Assembly: GCA_036172245.1 (NCBI GenBank)
Contig: JAYWIR010000040.1
Location: 992,001-1,056,000 of the forward strand
Reading direction: 5' to 3'
Source: Raillietiella orientalis
Taxonomy: Eukaryota
Length of the DNA stretch: 64,000 bases
In this document: positions 35,701 to 49,269 of the stretch, piece after piece
Layout of the letters: each line of letters opens with the position of its first letter
Position numbering within the stretch: position 1 is the first letter of the stretch
Notes under the pieces: generated by a model
Databases searched by the model: none
Told to the model about the DNA's origin: nothing
The model's input: the letters and a program-made list of their open reading frames with translations, nothing else
Translations under genes and position numbers: made by a program

Positions 35701-38250
35701 GATGTAGCGAGAATCCAGCTCAGGCTCCCGAACGAGTTCGATCCGGCTTGAGGATGCGAGAATGGATCACTCACGGATGCAAGCAGAGCGTGTACCCCGA
35801 CCGGGTTCTGGCCTTTTGAACCGCTTGGAACGGAAGTCAGCTCGAAGCGGATTCCTTCGGAGAGCTGAAATTTGCATGCTCACGCGGTGACTCAAGATGA
35901 GTTTCAGATGAAGCACGACTCACCCATGTGAACTGGATCACGATGGTGGAACAGATGTGTTCAAAAGGAACCCGAGAAATCCTGACCCGAAAGGGTCACC
36001 TTCCTAGGATTTTGCTGAAGAATTTGCTGAATTTACTGAATTTTGCTGAAGCCTGCAACAAGAATTCTTGAGGAAAGACTGGTTCTTGGGAGGCTGTCCG
36101 ACTTGCTTGGGGGACTTTGGGTTCAGCTGGTCAAATAAAGAGGAAGCGCACATTCTTTGAAGTATGGGGTCATCGAAAGTGTCTTCCACCACAGGCTGCA
36201 CGTTGCGATACAAATGATGACTGAAAACAGTGGCGCATGAGGAAAGAGGAGGAAGAGGGAGGGTAACTCTTCCTCTCCCCCTTTGGGGACAAAGTGACTG
36301 GTGGTCGGTGAATGAATGCCTCAAGCTGGCTGACGGACGTTCGACTGCGATCGCTACACTGGAATTTCCGTTCGAACCGAAGCCTTCGTGTCCCCGGACC
36401 GACAAGCGGTGGGGTGAGTTAACTGTAGGCAATTACAACAATCATGAATCACACTGATCATCATGAATCACACGAATCACGCTAAGAGTGGCCCTCTGTT
36501 TTCTTCTGTACACAGCAACTGTCACTTCCACTGTCACGATCGGGGTCGTGTCTTTCAGGATGGGGTTACTAGGTCAGATGGCGGGAGTTTTCCTCACTTG
36601 GGTGGCATCGACAATCTTCTTCGAGGTGTAAAGGTATGCCCATGTGGGCCACAGTTCCAGATCCCGATTTCCCTTTGGATTCCCCACTCTTAGGAGTTCA
36701 ACCGCAGGCACTTTTCTGCTGAAGCTCCCCATTTTTGCTCTTCCGATCGCGATGCTCGTGGTGGAGAGGGCGATGGTAGTGCGGATCATGGAATTGTACC
36801 GGGGAACGTTCCCGATCCCCTCGAACATCCCCGACAGGTTCTCCCGTCTTCGTCGTCGTCTGCAAGCTCCTCACTGCCTTCAGCGTCGTCCAGTCTTGTG
36901 GAGTGGCGTCGAGCAGGTGAGGACACGGAGTCGGGTTTCCCTGTTTCCACACGCCCTGCAGAGTTCTTCCTGGAAGTTGCCTGTCCAGTGTGTTTCTCTA
37001 GCTCCGCTCGGGATGCTTCCGTGGTAGAACATGAAAAGGTCACCGGAGTGTTCGGTGGTAGGTTGCTCCTCCGTATTGTCCGTCCGACCTCTAGCAGCAT
37101 CCCGAAGCGGTTGGCAGCTCCTTTGAGGGCATGGTCTCTTGCCTTTTGAGTGGTCATGACTCCGTGGTTGTTACTTCTGCTGATGAGGCACCGTTTTTAG
37201 TTTCTTCCAATGTTCCAACGTCTTGGGGGTGAATTTTCCTGTTATCCTTGTTGTGTGGCGATGCCGTCGCATTTCGTGACAGTGGCCACTTGTGGAAAAT
37301 TGATCGTAGTCGCGGATGGTCATCCCTGGCCTTCGGAATATCTACTCCCAGTTCCCCCGGGGCACCCACGGTATGAAATGAGGGGAATGAGCGTTCCCGG
37401 TTCTTCCTGAGAAAGTTCTCTGCCTCTCGGACCGATGTTGAATCGGTGTTTTCTCAGGCAGCATCGTAGCCAATGACCTTATACCGAAACACGATTACAG
37501 TTAGTGGAAAATTTCACCCAAAACCCGCAAAAGCGGCGCGAAATGCCAATGTTGCAGCACTTTTTGTGTACTCAAGCAAGGTGATTCAGACAGGCAGATG
37601 CGAAAATTTATCGCCTGGTGATCTTCCACCAATAGTGAAAACACTATGCACTGCGGTGTGGGTCTACGGTCTGATAACAGCCAACAGTTCAACCCAAAGA
37701 TGAGACGAACGGCGGAGCAAGACGAAACAAGAAGAGCCTGTTTCCAAACGAGCAGCAGCGCTCCATGCGAAGGCTCCGTCATCTTTGCCGACCAACGATC
37801 CCAACGCCACGATATCGGGAAAACTGGAACCCGGGAAGGATCTGGAAATCTTTCAAACTTGACGACTCCATCCCCCGTACTGAATGAGCGAAGGGATAAT
37901 CGTGGTGACCTTACCGATGGGAAACAATTCTCAAAACGAAGGTGTGTGCGATCCATCTCGCACACATACCTTCGGTACAGCGCGAGATGGATGGAAATGG
38001 TAAAAGCGATCGTTCCGTTTATTGGAGGGTTGATTTTCGTCGTTTTCTGTATGCATCGAAAAATGAAACGCTCGCCCAAGACGAATGTTTGCCATTCAGC
38101 TGAACGGAAGAAGGGGCATAGATGGAGGACGTGGCGGAGGTGGTGCATTCTGAGTCTTGATACGAAGGCAATACAGAATAGCTTCGCTCAATACGGAAAG
38201 GCATAGAAAATCACCAGAAAAGCTGTGGACGAAATAATCTATGGGGAGAG
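35700..38250 (-). mobile_element. Mixed non-LTR fragments (ORF1-like and zinc-knuckle-like)
   Basis: AANRFGMLLEV (ORF1 RRM-like) and LRHVLHLCP (CCHC tail-like); weak. Confidence 0.3.
36009..36051 (+). repeat. Short degenerate tandem repeat of TT(G/A)CTGAA
   Basis: ATTTTGCTGAAGAATTTGCTGAATTTACTGAATTTTGCTGAAG. Confidence 0.6.
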
Positions 38251-39199
38251 GCAATGGAGGAACTTCACAAAATCGAGCTTCACAAAGGTGCCAAGATCTT
38301 TAGTGTCATCTCCGTCGCGGGAATGTCTCTGGCCGTGAGACGTAGCCATATCCGCCTGATTTTTGCAGCTGATGTATGACATTCGGTGCTCCGAACGTCT
38401 CTGCACCATATATCTAATTCACCCTACAAAATTCACTACTTTATCTGAGTTTCCCTTTTCATCTCCGATAGTTTATTCCTTCTCATGACTTCGACACCTG
38501 TCTTCTGGTTCTCATAGAAAAGGGAAAAGCACCCCAGGAAGATCACATTTTCCTATTCCAATTAAGACTTGATCAGTATTTCATAAGGAATCGACAAGGG
38601 AAAGCGCCTTTTGCCATCTGCATTGCATCCTGAAATTTGCTAGGGAGTTCGTGTCCATTAGTAAAATGGCTGATGCGTGTAGTCACACGGATACAGTTGT
38701 TCAACACTTTTGAAGAAGGTACTTTCTATCATAGGCAAATACTTTGCGTTCTTTCTGCCGACAGAGTAAGAGAAATCTCAAATGGTAGTTGAAAGAGTCA
38801 AATAGCAATGGTGTTACTATTGTCAGATCAACATCTTATTTCATTCTATTGGATATGGTAAGCACTAATCATAGTGATTTTTCTTGATAATATGATGTAA
38901 GGTGAGAAGACAGCGTATTCCACACAGTACAATGCAATGACTCGCAACCTACAAGGGTGATTCCGCTATTTTGGAACATATTTAAGCGGACATGACTTGA
39001 ATGTAATGTTATTCGTATTTTTTTCTGTATCTATCAATGAAATAACATAAGAAACGAATATAGGAATTTCAGAGAGAGAATCCTTAACTTTTGTTGCACT
39101 GAGTAAACATACTCATAGATGAGCATTGTACTTGCCAACTTTCTGGTTCTCTGAAGAAGAATGTTACGTTAGAGATTCTGAGTTTCAAAGGGTTTGAAA

Positions 39200-39600
39200 T
39201 CAGGAGCCCAATCTCGATATTTTTCATTCTCCGTACACGAAAGTAACTCCAAGGTATTGTATGGGAAGAGCAAAGTTGTTGAGTTGTTATTTCATTCTTA
39301 TTCCTACTCTCGTGAGTCTTTCCACATCTATGTTTAGCAATCATTCCGTAGCTGTTCAAATCAATCCCGAATCGTTGAAATCACTTGATTTTGGAAATCA
39401 CGTGTACAATGTGTATGCAAACAGTCATATTATGGAAATATTGCAGATAAGATGAGAAGATGTTCAAACTTATTAAATAATGAAAACTGCAATTTTCTCG
39501 CAGAAAGGTAAATTTGCTGATTTTCTGAAGAGCATGGGAGAGCTCACTGCTTCAACGCAGTTTTGGCGCCACAACAAATTGCATAATCCGTTTCCGGTGC
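39200..39600 (-). mobile_element. Possible ancient RT remnant in AT-rich spacer
   Basis: LKQ..SPMLF, SGL and QYLGVTF in the expected order across frameshifts and stops. Confidence 0.25.
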
Positions 39601-41649
39601 AATCTGATGGTTTGCATGTCGTGGAAGTTGCTGGACTTCGATGATTGAAGCTTGTTGTTGCGTTTGGCGATGCTTTCCTTGTGATAGTGACCTCGGTTTC
39701 TTTCCTGGGTAGACATGAAGTGGACGTTGAAAAATAGATGAGGAAACCCGAATCCGTATTGCCAGTATGGAAAAGCCATGAAAATAAACATTTAGGTGAA
39801 AATAAATATTTTCACCTCAGCAGTATTTTCATTTTTGCATGGAAGCTTTGGAAAGCATTTTATTTCCATCAAGTTGTAACGGTGTGGTAATTTGCGAGGA
39901 GTCCCTTTGATTAAAGGTGACGAAATGTAGCATATTTGTTAAGCTATTTCCTTGTTGTTTTCATTTCAGGTCATGGAAATTCATTGATTGTTTCCTCAGC
40001 AATGAAAGGAAGCTGAATTCAAGGTAGAACATAATGCTATTTAGTAGTAAATGTGTGGTTTGTTGATTTAGGGATGATAACGTTTCTTTCCCCGACTGAA
40101 TTAATGGGAATCAGAATGTGTAGAAATAATAGTCTGAAATATCAGTAATAATTATTACGTATGAGTACGTTGCTTGCAGACTTTAATCCATTTTGGTTTC
40201 TAGCTCGTTTGAGGTCGATGCAAGTATGCCCGTGTGATTAAGAATTCCAGTAATGTGGCTGCAGTCTCGCAAGAATTGGCTGAATAAGGATCAGAAAGAA
40301 TCATATAATGCGACATTGAAAATTACGTCAATATCAAGTAAGGACAATGCTAGTTGTGTTACCAAGATCAACTTTCTGTAGCTTCCTGTATAGATTTTGA
40401 TTATGCTTGTATTGAAATTCCCAGAGGTTGAGTTGGGAGTGAAACAGTTCCCATGGCCAGAATGGAATGATCTTAATTCAGTATGGGATTACAAAACTAG
40501 CTATGATGTAACCCAAAGTGCTCTGCAGCTAAGAAGTGATTGCTTTTGCTTGATAGCAGTTGGGGCCAGTTCACAAATTATTTCATCTTAAAAATGAACT
40601 GAATTGTGGGTTCATTTCTAGGAAATCTTGGTACACCCTGGGTGAAAGGTTTGTTCAGATGATAAATGAAAGCCTGTAGCTGCTAAAGTTCATAGCATTT
40701 GTGTTGACTTTGCATTAAGTGGCAGCTATTTTTCTTAATGTTTATAAGCTGTCAGAGTTTTGGGCAGAATAATCAAGTTCTGTTGGCAGAAGGAATGACA
40801 TCAATAAGATGATTCTTCATTTAAGTTGAAGATTTTTTGAAGTTTTATGGAATATAGGGGGCCACATCATGTACTAATTGAGATACAGCAAAAACCATAA
40901 TTTTGCCAATCATTCCCATGCTAGTATGTTCAGAGTCTGTAGTATTTTACTTTTTTTTTCTCCTGTAATGGGAGTGTCATAATTCTCAAATAAGTGCCTG
41001 TGCAGTACCTGGTGATGGCATTGACCATGAGAAATGTATATGCCATTTATGATTGCAGTTCAAGAAGAGGATCTTTGGAAGAATACATTTCGAATCCGTT
41101 TTGAATCATCAATCCTGTGAAGGTCAAGATACAGTAGAAGCAAACTTTTTATAGATGTCAGTTGTCAAAGTAATATGAGATGCATCAATTGGACTTCTGT
41201 AGGAGTAATATTACAGTCAGCTTAGTAATAGTGGTATTGAAATCCAACCTGAAGAAATCAGAATTCTATCACAGCTAGACCATAGCCAGCTGTGTGGATG
41301 AGAATTTTTTAAGCACTTGGTCAATCCAGCAATTGCAGAGCACATATTTTGCAAAATCATGTGTGAGAAAATCACGTTGGCCCGTATGTATGTTGAAAAC
41401 GAATCGGTATGCTTCAATAGAGCAATTCGTGATCGTTAACATGATCACTTGGTTCTCGCACGATCTGTGCTGCGTGTCGGAGATTTTTCCTTAAAAAAAT
41501 AACTTTGTACACTTTAAGTAGTCAAGGTTCTATTTGCTACGTTTTGTAGGATCTGCTTTGTGTAGTACTCAAAACGGTGTATATCTGGCAAAACTTTAAC
41601 ATGGTGGCGAGTGCTGACTTTCGATTTTTGCACAAGATTGATTATGCAT

Positions 41650-44150
41650 TATGGTAAGATCCGGCTAATCTCATTTCTCCCGAGCCTTCATGCTTCCCAT
41701 GCATTTGCTCTCTGATCTTGCCGTCTTCTGCCCACTCTCATGATTTGTTAGGTTCTCTTTCTCTGCAGACGATGTGTGTGGATTGGATGATTCGGGATTC
41801 TCTGGCGTCTCCATAGCAACATCCCAAGGCCTCTGCCTAGCAGAGAGATCCCGATTCCTAGCCGATTATGAGCGAAAATTCTTCGATTAGCACATTCCTG
41901 GATACACAGATAACAACACCAGTCGCTACTGCGGCCAACTGGGAACTTTCTTACCCTTATCCAGAATCCGTAAGTCGACTGCTCAACATCAGACTGGCAG
42001 TCGCGAGCACAGATCGCGTCCTCGCTCTATTCCACGAGGACGAATCCTCAAGGCCCCATGAAGCGAGTGTTCGATTATACTGTCTCTGTCTCTTACACCT
42101 CTTCCGGCATTCCGATGGAATCTTCGGTTTATAAACGGACCGCAATGACCATCGCCTCAACTGATGCGAAACCTTGTGGAAGGCTTGTCTGGAGGTATGG
42201 GAGCGATGCACAGATCTTTCGACCTCCGTCTGGCTCTAGTAGGAAAGAAGTTTCTGCGACAAGACTTTTGTCCGATGGGACAATGCTCTTTGATCCCAGA
42301 AGATCCTGATGCTGTCTATTATCCATTGCCGAGGGCCGCGAGGCAGCCAACTTGCTTGCAATCTATAGGTGCAATCACTCCAGCCGTCGATCTTATCTAG
42401 TCCATCTGAGGATTTAGGGATGGGAGCGGTGGTTGCAGCTTTCCATTGCAACAGATTCCCTGCTGCCTTCAAACAAATGCTGAAGATGAGGGGTATCGGC
42501 TGGGCTCCCGGTTCAAAATTCCTCCGGAACAAAAAATGCCGTTCGTTTCCCAGGGAGGAGTTCACGGCAATGCCCTCACTGCCTCCCGGAGGAACGGTAC
42601 GAGATGTAGTAGAGGGATTGGTTCGTCACTCCTGCTGTTCGTATTTTGTGCAGGGTGTATTCACCGGTGATAACACCTCGAGAAAATGCCGTCCCGCCGC
42701 TTCTTCCGCGTGTTTAATTTCGCAGAAGCACCTGTGCTGACTTGCATGGTTCTCTTCCTGCAAATTCGCATAACCTCTGTATTTCTGATCTGTCCGTAGG
42801 AAGAATTTCCTTCCTCCCACGTGACGGTTACTTCGTAGCATTTTTAGGATCATTTCCGGGATGAAGTTGCCTTTGTGCGGTTCTCGAAGTCCTCTCACAG
42901 GAAAGATTCCCATTCTGATAACATCTGTTAAGATCCATTCTTTTCTATCAAACTTGTCGTCTGCCGTTGAGTCTGCAGGCGATGTCCAGCGACATGGACT
43001 GATGTCACCTCATGGTGCATCCTATGTCTGGGATGGAGGGAGGCACCCAGTCAAGCCGGGGAGTTTGTTGCGAAACCCATGCTGGCGCTCGAGTCCTTCC
43101 TTCGTTCCCCGACTTGGGCTGAAGTCCCAGAGGCTAGGTTAACCGCTCGCTAGCAGCTGGCCGACAAAAGTTCGCACAGGGAAAGTAAGGAAGAAGGTGG
43201 AAGGAGTGAACAAAAAACACATAACAAAAAAAAAAATCCTCGAAAAGTACTCGGCGGCAAGGAAAAGGATCACCGAGAACCCCCTGGCATCCTCAGCATC
43301 CTGTCCAGGATGCCGGCAAGTTCCTCCTCATGTCGATGTGGGAGAAGCCATCTTGTGGTCCTCCTCGAAAGGTAGGAGATGATCTCGATGCCGTCCTTGT
43401 TTCTCATCAGGCCTCTTTCAGCGTACCTTCTCGCCGGTCCGAATTCGCAGAAGGAGCACAAAGCTGCGATCGTCCTCTCGCAGTCATCGTCGACTGCGAT
43501 TCGGCTGCTGCTCTCGGAAAGCGCAGATGGCGCGCGCGTCTGGATGGGCAGGGGAGAGAATTAATCATTAAACGCGTTTCGACTCGCGATTAGCGTGGAG
43601 GCAGTGAAGCCGTCTTTTTATTCTTTTTCGGTGAAAATGCTCGAAAACTTCTTTCGTAAGGTTTTTTCCTTTCTCTATAATTGGTGCTGAGGCACGAGAG
43701 TATTTGAGACTGCATGCATCTTCCACTTTGCGAGGTTCCCAGAAGGAGACATTGCGATGAACGGCTTCATGACCAGTGAAACCGATCTGGGACATCTTTT
43801 GCGACGGGGTCACTTCGATTCCGACTTCCTTAAGTGCCTCAACGTTCCGCGAGACGAAGGTTTCCAGTGGTCCCACAACTCATGCCGTCACCCGAGGTGG
43901 TGACTCTGGCAGCGAGCATTCGGAACAGTTCGCAGCACTCGCGTTCCTCCCTCGGTCGCGCTTCCAGGCCCACTCTATCAGGCTCCATCGAGGGCCGCAA
44001 ACGTCGGGTGTGACGAAGCCAGTGTCGTTCTGGAGAAACAGCTCCGACCACACACTCGACTTGATGTTCCCGGTATTGGCAGATCAGAGGCCCGCAGGAT
44101 CGATGCTCATCACATTCGTCATCTGATGCTCATCGAGAATAAAACGAATA
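41650..44150 (-). mobile_element. Decayed R2/NeSL/Utopia-like (restriction-endonuclease class) non-LTR element, N-terminal and RT region
   Basis: CEIKHAEEAAGRHFLEVLS followed by LIFSICLKAAGNLLQWKAATTAPIPKSSDGLDKIDGW, resembling IFNICL...WK...TVLIPK...NWRP of R2-group RTs. Confidence 0.55.
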
Positions 44151-45049
44151 GAAAGCTGACAAGGAAAACTACCGAACAATTGTACCATAACCACCCTCTG
44201 AGTCCTTAAGGAAACCCCACGCATTAGAAACCTCAAATAAACGCGAGCGCATAGAAAGCAGTGCGAACGGCATGCAGGTTTCCGTCCTCCTCCTCCCCCC
44301 CTGCAAAAATAGAGATGATAGATGAGAAATTACACAGAGGGTTTCTCGACTGGCGTTGAAGGAATTATCTACAGAAGAAGGACACAAGAAACGTTTCTCC
44401 AGGTCTCAGCCTTGGCTCTGCCTCCATCATGAAACGCGCGGAATGACATTCATCTGCTCCCCAATCTACGTGGTATGCGACTGCCTGCTGCATACTGATA
44501 CATCTTTTCGAAAATCTATTTGCTTGGGGCGAGCGACAGACGCCAAAGGGAAGCATAATTAGAACCACCGCGGAGGTCCTCCGCCTGCTCGATGACGCGC
44601 GTCCCCAGCTAATGAAGGATCGCGACACTTGTCGCTCGACACTTTCATATGTATGTACGTGGGAGGCGCGCCGCACCAGGTCGAAGATTCTCCAGGACCG
44701 CCGACCAGCTCCCGTCCACGACGCTACCTGCCACCCCATCGCAGCACCTTGCCACCCTCCGACTCTGGAATCCGCTGGATTGTACGAAAGCGGCAATGCT
44801 CCCTGTGATCGCAGCTCTTCTCCTGTGCTCCTGCGTTTGGCCTACGCTCTCAGAGCGACGGGTACGAAAATCTGCGCAAAGAGCGCACGCAGTAACTTTT
44901 TCCTTTGATGATAGAAAGATGGACGACGCATACCGCTGCGCGCCGAAAGAGAACAGGAGACGTTACCAGGAGAGCTTTGTGACATTCCCGTATCTCCCGG
45001 AGGGGCTTATAACACGCCCCTGTCCAACTCAAAGGGCTCGTGCTACTTT

Positions 45050-48000
45050 TCCAGTGATGTGAGTTGCAATTTACCCCGCCCGCTCGTAACAGCATCCGAT
45101 GACATGGACCACTCCATTCTGTGCAGGGACACTTCGCCGTCAGAATCACCGTGTACAGAACGACAATCTTGAGTGACACGTGCGACCTACCTTCCGAGGA
45201 CAGCCCACGGGGATTTGTAGAGATCGAAGATGCCATAAGAACGAAAAGGTGGGAGCGGTTCGGTTGGTGTCCGACTATCCGGCGTTGTCCGGCGACGTTG
45301 CTGAGGGGAATTCTTTGCTGACCACCAGAGCTGCTTTCTATTTGCGAGGAGCAACGCAGGTCGTGCTCACGTTCGTGCACGAAGCCTTCCTGGTCACTGC
45401 TTGGGAGCTCTCCCACGGTGGGCGGGAGGTTTCGTATGCGAGCTGTTCTTGCATGAAGAGTGGGGAACGCGGTCTGGACAACACCCTTTCCTCCCGGGAC
45501 CGACTCTTTCCGGGAAAGAAAGTGCGACCGCTTCCCTGGGGAAACATCGACCGAGCTCCCGCAGTTTCCTAATCCCTTTCATTCGCATCCAGGTTTTCGT
45601 TGAGGAGCCTGGAAAAAGAGTTCGAGCATAGTGCGTTAGCAATTTGGAGCCTGAAATTGACGTGGGACGTTGCTAACGAGGAATTGGACGTCGTGATGGA
45701 AGTGCTGCCGTTGCCAGAACGCAAAGTTGTCCTTGGTTACGGAAAAACTAGGTTGATTTTAAACAACCTCATTTGCTTGCCTACGGAAACCATGGATTTC
45801 GTCGAAGTGGTTGTAAGTTGCGTGCCTTTCTTCTGGGAGCAGCCACAGAAAGCTGTGGCTCCTCCCTTTACCTATTCGGGAAGTTTGACAAATGTGCGGC
45901 TTGCTTGCAATGATCACTTGCGGTTCAAATAATGCAACCAATCCGTAATCTCGCCTACTTCTTCTCTGCAGCCTCCGGGAAACGAGACCATTTTGCTGAC
46001 GACGGAGCCTGCGAATCCGGAAGAAAACAACGAATTGTACGGTGTTTCCTTCTTCTCAGAACAGAAACAATCATACTCTGTTCTATATTCCGGGGATTCA
46101 CAAAACGTCAAAATCAAAACACGAAATCCGAGCTACCTTGTGGTCATCTCAAGAGAATTCACCAGCAATTCGCTCCTCATAGAAACCAAAAGAGCGAACA
46201 CTTGGAAAAGAGCAGAGCCCCGAAAAATAAAGAAGCAAGACAAGGTCCGAGATCAAAATCACTGAGGAAACCGAGTGGACGAAAATAAAGCTTCCGCATT
46301 CCCTTCGAGATGATTTCGCACGTCCGCATTTGCGCGCGCCACCTTCCACCTGTAGGTCTGCGCCTTCGCATTGGGGAATCGTCCGTTCGATTTGGCGTAC
46401 GGGGAATTGGCCGGGAGGGCAGCCCCTAGGCGGGTTCGAGGGTAAGAAGCGGTCCGTCTGCTGTAGCGACTCGGGAACCGCTTCCCGCCTGGACAGCGAA
46501 CGAGGAGATGCGACTCCTGCTGCCAAACTGCTCCAGAGCTCTTTCAAGATTTTCCAGCCTCAGCTCCTGTGCATCAGACGGTACAATGACCACACCCTTC
46601 ATGGCGAGCAAACTCTAGTCCACCGACTTCCGATTCACGATCTCCTGCGCCTCTGTCATCTCGATGAAGGGAGACAGAGACATTTGGAAACGAATTCTGC
46701 TCGTTGGTGACCTCGTTGACCGGGGGTCAGCATCCTTACAGGGCAAGAATGTGGCGAACCTTTCGAGGTCGTCTGCCGAAGCCGAATTTAGGGCATTCCG
46801 TCAGCCTCGCGCTGTTCCTCCAGCTGTCCGCCCAGGGAGACGACCAGCTGGATTTGCGGGGAACTGGGTCGCCATATGCAGCAAGGAGATCTCGAATGAA
46901 GACGCTGTTGGAGGCGCCGATCTTTGCGGACTTCGGTCTGGCAGCAGGTCCGCACGTGCCGATGGTGTCCTGCAAAAGAAGCGATTCGCACGAAGGGATC
47001 CCTTGGAGCATCGTCGCTTAGCAGCTGCCTACAAACTAAACAGTTCTTCGTGGTGGCTTCCAGCGTTGCAGGAAGTCTGTCTCTCCAAGGGCTGCAGATT
47101 CCGAGTGCTGCGAGGGACGTCCCTGTCGTCACAGCGTCCTTCTATCGGAAGTCGTCGCGAACCTTTCAGAGGGAATTGGCGTGGCGTTCGGTCCTTCTCA
47201 GGAGAAGCCCATCCTGACATTGAAGGCAGCCTGCGCTTCTTCGCCCACTCTCGTAGATGACCTGAGGAAGAGGCTCGGGAAGGACATGCGCTTTGTGGAT
47301 TTTGTCCCCCTCTCGTTCGCGCGTGCCCACGCGCTCGTTGAGGATAGGCGCCACTTTCGCCTTGCGATACCGCGGATGCGTTTGCTCGGCGAACAGTGGC
47401 TGGCGACATGGTTTTTTGCTGTCGTCGATCAATGGGAGACGCATCTTCCTCGGTTGCTGCTCGTCGGGAGAATTGGAAGGTGCGAGGGCGTGTTCATACG
47501 GAGCCCCTTCATCTTGGAAACCGAGCCGCCCCACTGTGCAAGGCAGCTCCTAATGGGCTGGGAAATGCAGGCTGCTGGAGGAAGGGAGTCGCAGCGCCAG
47601 CAAAGGAGGGGTGGTGAGAAGGCCCCGCAGAGATGTGCAGCTCCGGACCACTCTGCAAGGCGAGCAGTGATGGGTACCCCTCGCATCTACCCGGCCCGCA
47701 TCTCGCCCAGCAACAATTTGCGGTTCCCCGGAGCAGGACCCGCTGGGAAGCGGAACCCCCGCTGACAGTTCGTCATTTTCCCGACGGGCTATGCAGCAGC
47801 GTCTCTGCACATCCCCCGCAAACGGCTGATGCCCTTGAGCTGCCGCCGCCAGAGACCGGAATCGATAGCGAAGTGGAGTAGACGAGCAGGCGCGCCTGGA
47901 AGGACCACGGAGCTGAGCGCAACTGCTGCGTTGCTTTGCCCCGTCTGGGGCCATCTGTCCGGCTTACACCGCGGGTTGTCCACCTGTAGAGAAGCCTGAA

Positions 48001-49250
48001 CTCGGAGCGCGTTCGGAAACGGACGCTCCGTTCCTTTTTCCGGCGTCCCGTTTTCCCGAGGGCGTTTCGCTTTCCAGCGCTCCCCACAGCTCAAGCCGTT
48101 TTCGCGCACACGGCATTTCCGCCCGGCTCCGATGAGCAGGTAATGATCCGATCGTCCTCCTCGATGGAGGAGGTGGTGGCAAGCCTCCTTCGCTGTGAGG
48201 CCATCGTCCAGGGGCAGGCGGGATCCCTCACCTTGATCGGTAATGTTGCCCTTTACGCCGTTGGGCGCGCACTGTGCTTGCCGTCTGCCACGTATCTTCG
48301 CGCTCCCAAGTCTCCCAGTTTACACAAAGCCTGCTAGCATCCACACGTTGAACCCAGCAGCGATATGCAAGAGTACAGGAGACTTGTGGGATGCCGAAGG
48401 AGCCACGGAAGACAACGCAAGCTGGAGGATCCCTGGGATACGACGCAAAGCTCATTGTCCATTCGGTGGGGTTCCCATGGACCGCAGCTCTCTTTTCCAC
48501 AGGACTCCGCGACACTGGGTCTCGGTCTCTGCGTACAAAAAGCGCTAAGCGTTTCTGCGGTGATGCCCCGCACCTAGGCTCTGGATGAGGAAGCAGCGAG
48601 ACGAAAGCGTTCCAGCCTTCCGTTCGACCATTCGTGCGCCAGAAGTGCTGGAGCCCGCAACTATTGGCAGCGGCTGGTTGCCAAGGCCGAAATGGACGGA
48701 CGAGAACCACGACGCTCTTGAAGAGGCTACAGAGGATCACACCGTTGACGTTGTTTCAACAGTGCCCGATTCGACGTTAGCACCATCGAGGCAGCTGGAC
48801 ATTGCTGCAGCAGCAAAGAGGGACATTCGAACACGAGCAGGATGCACTGCCGCCATTCCGGTTGACGATTCCGCCATCCGAACAAGCTCTCCGCAGCGTG
48901 TGGTGAAAGAACTCTCGTCAAAACGCACACAGCACTGCGCTTGCGCCCATGTGGTCGAAGGAGATCGCCTATGAAAATCGGACCGTACGACAGTTGCGTC
49001 TCATGCGACCAAAGTCGTCGGTGCTCCCTGAGCAGCAATGGGAGACCGTGCACCTCACATGACACCGGAACTCGACGGTGCATCACCTTCGTCATCCGCC
49101 ACAGTATACGTCGAAAGCATGCAACCGACATTTGGTTTCGTCGGCAAGCAAAACCATCGCAGCTGTTTTCTTAAGGAGTACGGTCCACTCTTCCGAGTGA
49201 AGAACTGAAAATCTCGCGACGACGACGCTTGGCAGCGGGAACGACGCAGA
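45050..49250 (-). mobile_element. Mirror copy of the 28400-32600 decayed LINE
   Basis: Reverse-complement homology; paired ORF-track peptides, e.g. 47166-47534 vs 30107-30475. Confidence 0.55.
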
Positions 49251-49269
49251 CAAATCACCGATCGAATTG

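Noticed and set aside
38590..38635. CNADG peptide on minus strand resembling a pogo/Tigger DDE motif
   Set aside because: Five-residue match only; the rest of the domain and TIRs are not seen.
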